Assembly (NCBI GenBank): GCA_045863235.1
Contig: BTUM01000135.1
Span: forward strand, 1 to 13,034
Source: Candidatus Xenobia bacterium
Lineage (GTDB): Bacteria; Vulcanimicrobiota; Xenobia; Xenobiales; QWHO01
DNA: 13,034 nt
Reading direction: 5' to 3'
Part shown: one piece after another, positions 1-5,391 of the stretch
Position numbering within the stretch: the first letter of the stretch is position 1
Layout: each line of letters starts with the position of its first letter
The notes under the pieces: generated by a model
Database searches by the model: none
What the model was told of the DNA's origin: nothing
The model's input: only the letters and a program-made list of their open reading frames with translations
Translations under genes and position numbers: made by a program

Positions 1-51
1 GAGGTAGCGTTACCCCTCGTCCCCCAAGTTACACCACCTCGTGAGACACAG

Positions 52-91
52 ACCCCTTAATTAATAGGACCCCTTATTATAAACCCCTTAA
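52..91. promoter_or_regulatory. AT-rich putative promoter region with three ACCCCTTA direct repeats and a minus-strand TATAAT
   Basis: ACCCCTTA at 52-59, 69-76 and 83-90. ATTATA at 76-81 reads TATAAT on the minus strand. This is a conspicuously AT-rich patch in a GC-rich window, upstream of the ATG at 163. No good -35 box seen. Confidence 0.45.
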
Positions 92-162
92 CCCCGAAAG
101 CTCCCCGCCAAACCCCACCAGCGAGCTTTTTTTCAGCCGGCTCGATTACGCTGATTGAGCTG

Positions 163-2361
163 ATGTCGATCCCACAAGAGGCAGCCCGTGGACTGGAGCT
201 CTCTGGCCGCTGGCGCTGGAAGTTCTGGCAGAGAACCGAACAGAATCTGGCCCAGGCCGAGCAGTGCCTGGACCGGCTGGAGCGGCTCGAGAGCGACCCC
301 GGTCAGCACGCCGTGCTGCAGATGGCCCGCGCCGCCGCGCCTCCCGAAGCCAGTCCAGCCAGTCGTCTGGCGGTGCTGCGGGTGGCCATGCAGACTCTCA
401 CCGAGCAAGTTTCCAGCGACCTGTGTCCTCTGGCAGGAGTGGCCCTGGCCTTGCGAGGTCCCTCCGACCCGACTCTGGCATCCGAAGTCGAGTCCGCTCT
501 GGCCGCCCGTCTGCCTTCCCCGGGGGTGCTGGGCGAGGTGGCTCCGGCGCCCGGCTGGCTGCTCGAGCAGGCGGCGCGTCCCTACCCTCAAAGTGCCCAG
601 GACTGGTCCAGGACGCTCGCCGGCGCGCCGCCGTCCTCGGTGAGCCTGGCGCTGCAGCGGTTGGCGCCTCCGGACATCCAGGCCTTCTTGCGCCAGACCG
701 CAGGCCTGGGCCTGGATTCTCACGCTGAGCTCGAGCGGGAGTCGCTGGCGAGCTTCGACCAGAGCCTGAGCGGACCTCACCGAGCCGCCCGCTTCCTGTT
801 GGGAGAGCGTCCCGATGCCGACGTGCTCAAACTGGGCGCCTGGCTGGCCAACAGCGCCTCGCCCCGGCCTCTGGCCCGTCTGGCTCGCGAGCTCGATCAC
901 CCGGAGGCCTATCGCACGCTGGCGCGCCACCTGGACCAGAGCGACTGGTTGGAGGCGGCCGCTGGAGAGCTGGCCGGCAAGGTGCCCCCGCGCGAACTGG
1001 CCGGCGCTCTGAGTCGACGAGCTCCGGAAGACGCCACCCTGGCCTGGCTGACCCGCATTCCCCAGGACCGGGCGGCGCGCACGGCTCTGGAGGCGGTTGC
1101 TCGGGGTGAGCGCTCGCGTCCGGCGCTGCTGCTCGCTGTCTCGTCCGCACTCGAGCCGGCCGAGGCGCTGGCGCTGGTGGACTCCCCCCAGCCCTTGCTC
1201 AAGGCCCTGGCCGCCCAGACCTGGACCGACCCTGCCGCTCAGGCGCGTGCGGTGGCGGCCGGGTGGAAGGTGCTGGAGGAGAATCCCGGCGACCTGGCCC
1301 GGGCAGGTCTGGCCATGGCGCGTTCCACGCCGGACATCAACCAGAAGCTGTTCCTGGCTCGGGCCGCCCTGCTGGCCATGGGGGCCCACGACCTGGTCGC
1401 CCTGACCAGGGTCGAGGGGCCCAATCAGGAGTGGAGCCAGGCGGCCCTTTCCCTGGCTGCCCTGCGTCACCTCGAGAAGGGCGCCGCGCCCGGGCCCCAG
1501 TTGACCCTGGACCTCTTGCGCGAGGCCTGCGAAACCTGGGCCGCCCCTCCCTGGCGCCAGGCGCTGTTCGAGCATCTCACCGGGGATGCGGCCCTGGGCC
1601 CGCTGGCCCGGATGTTGCTGGCCGATCCCGACCGGTTGACCTTGCTGTCGGCCGATCGGCTGCTGGCCTCGGCGGTGGCTCCCCCTGACCCGGCGGGCGT
1701 CGCGGAGACCGACCGGGCGGTGATTGTGGGTGGCGTGCGCGTGACCAAGCGCGGCATCGAGTCGTCCCCCGGTTCGCCTGTGGCGGTGGACAATGTGGCC
1801 CACGCGGGCGCCGAAGTGGACCTGTCGCTTGACCCGCCGCCCGTGCCTGGCCGTCGCGTCGAGGTCACCTGGCTCGAGAAGCGCCACCGGGGCGTGGGGG
1901 CGGCCTACAATCCGCTTACGGGCCAGATCGAGAGCCGTGATCGCCTCAATCGTGGAATGGCGGCTGTTTTCAACCCGCGCCAGGGCGAGGTCGTGTTCCA
2001 GGAAGGCGGACTCTACCGCGGGGTGGGTGGCTGCTATGACCCTGTCAGGGGAGAGGTCCATTTCTCGGCCGCGACCTCCCGGCTGCGCACCGTGGCGGTC
2101 GTCTTCGACCCGGTCACGCGAACCGTCGTGGAGCGGCCGGGCAATCGCAACGAAGGGGTGGCGGGGGCGTTCGATCCATCCACCGGCAGGGTGGAGTTCA
2201 AGTCCGGCCGACAGCGGGGCTTCGCAGCGGTGGTGGACCCCGTGACCGGGCAGTTGGACTGGCACGAGCGCAGGGAACGCGGGGTGGTCGGGGTCTCAAA
2301 CGATCCCGAGTACCCCACTCTGGCCGGAGCATCCTACGCGCCCCATGAAGATGATGGCTAG
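163..2361 (+). CDS. Hypothetical protein, 732 aa: Ala/Leu-rich helical N-terminal region and C-terminal tandem ~22-aa repeats
   Basis: Long ORF with GC-rich third positions and protein-like composition. Repeated RGVxxx[FY][DN]PxxGxV units from 1888. Its stop overlaps the start of the next gene. No clear RBS, so the start is uncertain. Confidence 0.8.
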   Translation: MSIPQEAARGLELSGRWRWKFWQRTEQNLAQAEQCLDRLERLESDPGQHAVLQMARAAAPPEASPASRLAVLRVAMQTLTEQVSSDLCPLAGVALALRGPSDPTLASEVESALAARLPSPGVLGEVAPAPGWLLEQAARPYPQSAQDWSRTLAGAPPSSVSLALQRLAPPDIQAFLRQTAGLGLDSHAELERESLASFDQSLSGPHRAARFLLGERPDADVLKLGAWLANSASPRPLARLARELDHPEAYRTLARHLDQSDWLEAAAGELAGKVPPRELAGALSRRAPEDATLAWLTRIPQDRAARTALEAVARGERSRPALLLAVSSALEPAEALALVDSPQPLLKALAAQTWTDPAAQARAVAAGWKVLEENPGDLARAGLAMARSTPDINQKLFLARAALLAMGAHDLVALTRVEGPNQEWSQAALSLAALRHLEKGAAPGPQLTLDLLREACETWAAPPWRQALFEHLTGDAALGPLARMLLADPDRLTLLSADRLLASAVAPPDPAGVAETDRAVIVGGVRVTKRGIESSPGSPVAVDNVAHAGAEVDLSLDPPPVPGRRVEVTWLEKRHRGVGAAYNPLTGQIESRDRLNRGMAAVFNPRQGEVVFQEGGLYRGVGGCYDPVRGEVHFSAATSRLRTVAVVFDPVTRTVVERPGNRNEGVAGAFDPSTGRVEFKSGRQRGFAAVVDPVTGQLDWHERRERGVVGVSNDPEYPTLAGASYAPHEDDG
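1888..2307 (+). repeat. Protein-level tandem repeat: 6 units of 21-23 aa plus one degenerate unit
   Basis: RGVGAAYNPLTGQIE / RGMAAVFNPRQGEVVF / RGVGGCYDPVRGEVHF / RTVAVVFDPVTRTVVE / EGVAGAFDPSTGRVEF / RGFAAVVDPVTGQLDW / RGVVGVSNDP. Confidence 0.85.
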
Positions 2362-2983
2362 CCGCCTGGTCCTGATCGCCCTGGTGATGGGGGTGGCGCT
2401 GGCCGTCCCTTTGGACCGCTTTGAAGCCGAGATCCGGGCCTACGAAGCGCTCCCCAGGCCGGCGCCGGGCGGGACGGTGTTCGTGGGCAGCTCGACCATC
2501 CGCCTCTGGGGCCCGGCCCTGGAACGCGAATTCGCCAGCTTTCGCGCCGTGAACCGCGGCTTCGGCGGGGCCACCATCGCCGAGATCACCCACTACTACC
2601 CGCGCCTGATCAAGCCTCTGGAGCCGAGCCGCCTGATCTTCTATGCCGGCACCAACGATGTGGCCGAGGGTCACAGCGCCGCTCAGATCCTCCAGGACTA
2701 CCGCGCCTTCGTCCAGACCGCGGGGGTGCCGGTGGCCTTCGTGAGCATGAGCATCCCGCCCAGCCGGGTGCAGTATACCACCGTCTATCAGGAGGCCAAC
2801 CGCCTGATTCGCGAGGCCGGTTACGCCTACATCGACGTCAGCCATTGCGTTCAGGACGCCAGCGGCCAGCCTCGCGAAGAGTTGTTCCTGGAGGATCGCC
2901 TGCACATGCGGCCGGAAGGCTACGCCCTGTGGGCGCCGATCCTGCGCCGCTACCTGGAGGAGAGCTGTCGACCTCGACCTTGA
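2345..2983 (+). CDS. SGNH/GDSL-family hydrolase (esterase/lipase) with probable Sec signal peptide
   Basis: SGNH blocks: FVGSSTIRLW (I), NRGFGG (II), YAGTND (III), DRLH (V). N-terminal hydrophobic stretch ends in ALA. Alternative ATGs at 2351 and 2354, all overlapping the end of the upstream gene. Confidence 0.92.
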   Translation: MKMMASRLVLIALVMGVALAVPLDRFEAEIRAYEALPRPAPGGTVFVGSSTIRLWGPALEREFASFRAVNRGFGGATIAEITHYYPRLIKPLEPSRLIFYAGTNDVAEGHSAAQILQDYRAFVQTAGVPVAFVSMSIPPSRVQYTTVYQEANRLIREAGYAYIDVSHCVQDASGQPREELFLEDRLHMRPEGYALWAPILRRYLEESCRPRP

Positions 2984-3016
2984 CGAGAGGGAATCGTTGC
3001 AGCCAGAAGACGCGGC

Positions 3017-3292
3017 CTACAAGGCCGTCCCCACCACCGTATCCCAGGGCTCTACCCGCCAGCGGGCTACCACGCCCTCGAGGACGTAAGGATCGGTGGC
3101 CGCAAATCGCTCCACCAGCTCGGGGCCGTCGCAGTGAAACAAGATCAGCGCCCCGGCCGGCCCCAGGTTGCCCCCCAGCAGCAGGGTGCCCGCCCGGACG
3201 TAGCCCGCGATGTGCTCGCGATGGGCCTGGCTGAAGGGTTGCTGGCGGGTCTGGTAGTCCTCCACCTTCTCGTAGAACAGCAAGTAGTGCAT
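3017..3292 (-). CDS. YciI-family protein (dimeric alpha/beta barrel)
   Basis: 91 aa with typical YciI pattern: YLLFY..., HxxH, LLLGG, GALILF, DPY..GVV..W.V.PW. GAGGGAG RBS upstream on the minus strand. Confidence 0.9.
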   Translation of the reverse strand: MHYLLFYEKVEDYQTRQQPFSQAHREHIAGYVRAGTLLLGGNLGPAGALILFHCDGPELVERFAATDPYVLEGVVARWRVEPWDTVVGTAL

Positions 3293-3316
3293 TCTCTACT
3301 CCCTCGCAAAGACTCG

Positions 3317-3862
3317 TCAATCCTCGAAAAGGTGGGTAGGCTGGCCGTCGATGCTGCGCTGGTTCTTCTCGCGGCGGTACTGATCCATCTTCTCCTCGCC
3401 CATGCTGCAGGCGAACTCGATCAGGTTGTCGCGCTCGCCCTTGTATTCGAAGTAGGGAACCGCGAAGCCGCAGGTGCTCATGATGGACTCGATGTGCAGC
3501 AAGATGATCTGGCGCTGGCCCGGGTAAGTGGGGAAGCGGTGGCGCAGCTCCTCGAAGCTCGCATCGCGCGGGCGCACCACCTCGCCGCGCCCGTAGAGAC
3601 GCACGATCAGTGGCTTGTCCTGAAAGCTGCAGAACATCATGGTGACCCGGCCGTTCTCGGCGATGTGAGCGGCCGTCTCGTTCTCGCTGCCGGTCAGGTC
3701 GAGATAGCCCACGGTCTGGTCATCCAGGATGCGAAAGCTGTCGAGCCCCTTGGGGGAGAGGTTGATGCGCCCGTCGCCCGGGGCGGAGGCGGTGAAGAAG
3801 ATGTGCTGGCGCAAGAGGAACTCGCGCAGACGCTCATTGAGCTGGGTATCGAACCTGGCCAT
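3317..3862 (-). CDS. Pyridoxamine 5'-phosphate oxidase-family FMN-binding protein
   Basis: FFTASAP-GRINLSPKG, YLDLTGSENETAAH..ENGRVTMMFCSF, SCG-like TCGFAVP and NQRSIDG motifs. Start re-called to the ATG at 3862 (MARFDTQL). The track's extension to 3994 overlaps a divergent gene. Confidence 0.9.
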   Translation of the reverse strand: MARFDTQLNERLREFLLRQHIFFTASAPGDGRINLSPKGLDSFRILDDQTVGYLDLTGSENETAAHIAENGRVTMMFCSFQDKPLIVRLYGRGEVVRPRDASFEELRHRFPTYPGQRQIILLHIESIMSTCGFAVPYFEYKGERDNLIEFACSMGEEKMDQYRREKNQRSIDGQPTHLFED

Positions 3863-3947
3863 CGCCCAGGGTTCTGAGCCGGGCACCGACCTCCTGTTCG
3901 AAAGGAGAGATCCGCCCCGAGCTGGAATTTCTTTCAGGAATCTGAGC

Positions 3948-3954
3948 AGGAGGT
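3948..3954 (+). promoter_or_regulatory. Consensus Shine-Dalgarno AGGAGGT
   Basis: AGGAGGT lies 8 nt before the ATG at 3963. Confidence 0.8.
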
Positions 3955-3962
3955 TGAATGCA

Positions 3963-4133
3963 ATGCAAAACTGCAAGTGCGGAACCCGACTCACCCTCGA
4001 CGTGCGCGAGAGCGAGCAGGGCTACTACCTCGCCTCGAGCTGCGGGCAGTGCGGGCCCCACGAGTGGTATCGCGAGTCGTCCGACTACGCCAGTCTCGAC
4101 GAGGCGCTCGACGAGCTGATGGCGGTGGCCTGA
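3963..4133 (+). CDS. Small 56-aa Cys-rich hypothetical protein (possible zinc ribbon)
   Basis: MQNCKCGTRLTLDVRESEQGYYLASSCGQCGPHEWYRESSDYASLDEALDELMAVA. Perfect SD, CxC and CxxC pairs, GC-rich third positions. It is the C-terminal part of track ORF 3729..4133. Confidence 0.8.
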   Translation: MQNCKCGTRLTLDVRESEQGYYLASSCGQCGPHEWYRESSDYASLDEALDELMAVA

Positions 4134-4188
4134 GGGGCGCCACGGTGCACTGAAGGGATCGCGTCCGGCTGCGCCCAAGGTGCACCCC

Positions 4189-4611
4189 ATGAATCGTGCC
4201 GTCCTCGAGCAGGCCGTGCGAGGGCCGGCCCAGGCCTCTGGAGCGGTGGCCGTCTACCTCCACGGCTCGCGAGCCTGCGGAATGGGCCGTGCCGACAGCG
4301 ATCTCGATCTCGCCGTGCTGTTGCCCCACGGGCGCGATTTCGAGTCAGTGGCTCCGATGCTGGCCGAGGCCGTGGCGCCGGTGGCCTCGATGTCCCCCGA
4401 CGACGTCGATGTGCAAAACCTGGGCCAGGCCCCGCCCCTGTTTCGCGTCCGGGTGCTCACCGAGGGCGTCCTTGTCTACCTCTCCGATCCCACCGCGCTG
4501 GCGCGTTTTCAGGCCACGAGCATGTGCGAGCATTGGGATAACGAGATCTACCTGGCCCCCTTCCGAGAGGCGATGCGCCAGCGCATTCGAGAAGGCCGCT
4601 TTGCCTCCTGA
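4189..4611 (+). CDS. mntA: Minimal nucleotidyltransferase (MNT), MntA-type antitoxin of an MNT-HEPN toxin-antitoxin pair
   Basis: YLHGSRACGMGRADSDLDLAV matches the GS-x10-DxD Pol-beta-like motif, followed by VDVQNL..APP.FR..VL.EG. ATG at 4189 (alternative GTG at 4180). Overlaps the downstream HEPN gene. Confidence 0.88.
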   Translation: MNRAVLEQAVRGPAQASGAVAVYLHGSRACGMGRADSDLDLAVLLPHGRDFESVAPMLAEAVAPVASMSPDDVDVQNLGQAPPLFRVRVLTEGVLVYLSDPTALARFQATSMCEHWDNEIYLAPFREAMRQRIREGRFAS

Positions 4612-5032
4612 CCGCGTCTACGTGGAGGCCTCTCTGGCCGAGATCGAGCGTACGGTCGCCTTTCTCAGGACGCTGTCGGGCCTCTCCGAGGCGGAGTTCC
4701 TGGCCGACCCGCGCAATTTTTACAGCGCGTCCTATGCTTTGCTGACCGCCATCGAGGGGACGGCAAACGTGGCCGCGCATCTTTTGACCACATCCGGTCA
4801 GCCGGCTCCCCGCGGATTGGCCGACGGCTTTCGAGCCCTCGGGACATTCGGAGTGCCCCTGGGCGAGGAACTGACCGAGCGGCTCGTTCTCATGAGCCGA
4901 TTTCGCAACTTGCTGGTGCATCGCTACTGGGAGGTGGACTACCGGCGCGTCTACTCCACGCTGCAGAGCTCGCTCCCCGATTTCGGCCGTTATGCCACGG
5001 CCATCCTGGCCTATCTCGACAGCTTGCGGTAG
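4601..5032 (+). CDS. hepT: HEPN (DUF86) RNase toxin, HepT-type
   Basis: FRNLLVHRY matches the R-x4-H-x-Y motif (RNase site plus the Tyr that MntA-type enzymes AMPylate). Probable TTG start at 4601 with GAAGG at 4591-4595 and an 11-nt overlap with mntA. 143 aa, C-terminal half of track ORF 4196..5032. Confidence 0.88.
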   Translation: MPPDRVYVEASLAEIERTVAFLRTLSGLSEAEFLADPRNFYSASYALLTAIEGTANVAAHLLTTSGQPAPRGLADGFRALGTFGVPLGEELTERLVLMSRFRNLLVHRYWEVDYRRVYSTLQSSLPDFGRYATAILAYLDSLR

Positions 5033-5391
5033 ACCCCCAGGAAGTAGACCGCGAAAGCCAGGTCGATGGCTCCGTAAGCGGCGAAGAACACCCCGGCCAG
5101 GGCATCCTGGGCGAAGATGGCCCCCAGCTGGCCGCCTGAGCCCATCAGCCACCACACCCACGAAGCCACGTAGACCAGTTTTTCCAGCCCGAACACCGCC
5201 ACCAGGGCGGGCACCTTCGCGTAGCTGCGGGCCACCGACAGGTAGGCCAGGCCCCACAAGATGATGCACACCAGTCCCCAGAAGCCGAACAGGCCCGGGA
5301 AGTGCTGGCCCAGCGTCGAGCCGACCAGGCCGCGCGAGAACAGCAGGATGCCGGCGATGTTGGTCAGGGCGGCCAGGTGAAATCCGTTCAT
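5011..5391 (-). CDS. Small integral membrane protein, 126 aa, about 4 hydrophobic segments, function unknown
   Basis: MNGFHLAALTNIAGILLFS...IILWGLAYLSVA...VFGLEKLVYVASWVWWL...GVFFAAYGAIDLAFAVYFL. The ATG at 5391 forms an ATGA overlap with the patatin stop. It is the real portion of track ORF 5011..6552. Confidence 0.82.
   Translation of the reverse strand: MNGFHLAALTNIAGILLFSRGLVGSTLGQHFPGLFGFWGLVCIILWGLAYLSVARSYAKVPALVAVFGLEKLVYVASWVWWLMGSGGQLGAIFAQDALAGVFFAAYGAIDLAFAVYFLGVYRKLSR

Noticed and set aside
97..133. AAAGCTC/GAGCTTT inverted repeat followed by a T-run as an intrinsic terminator
   Set aside because: The loop would be 19 nt and the stem uses part of the T-tract, so it is not a canonical terminator.
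133..2265. 710-aa minus-strand ORF
   Set aside because: Antisense shadow of 163..2361. It is Arg/Gly/His/Gln-rich with no motifs, as expected opposite a high-GC gene.
3891..3907. CTCCT-gttcgaa-AGGAG hairpin as a riboswitch or SD-sequestering element
   Set aside because: Only a 5-bp stem, no recognisable aptamer consensus, and the minus-strand AGGAGG is too far from the ATG at 3862.
3958..3960. Alternative ATG after the AGGAGGT RBS
   Set aside because: Only 3 nt from the SD and in a different frame giving a featureless Ser/Ala/Thr-rich peptide. The ATG at 3963 has better spacing.
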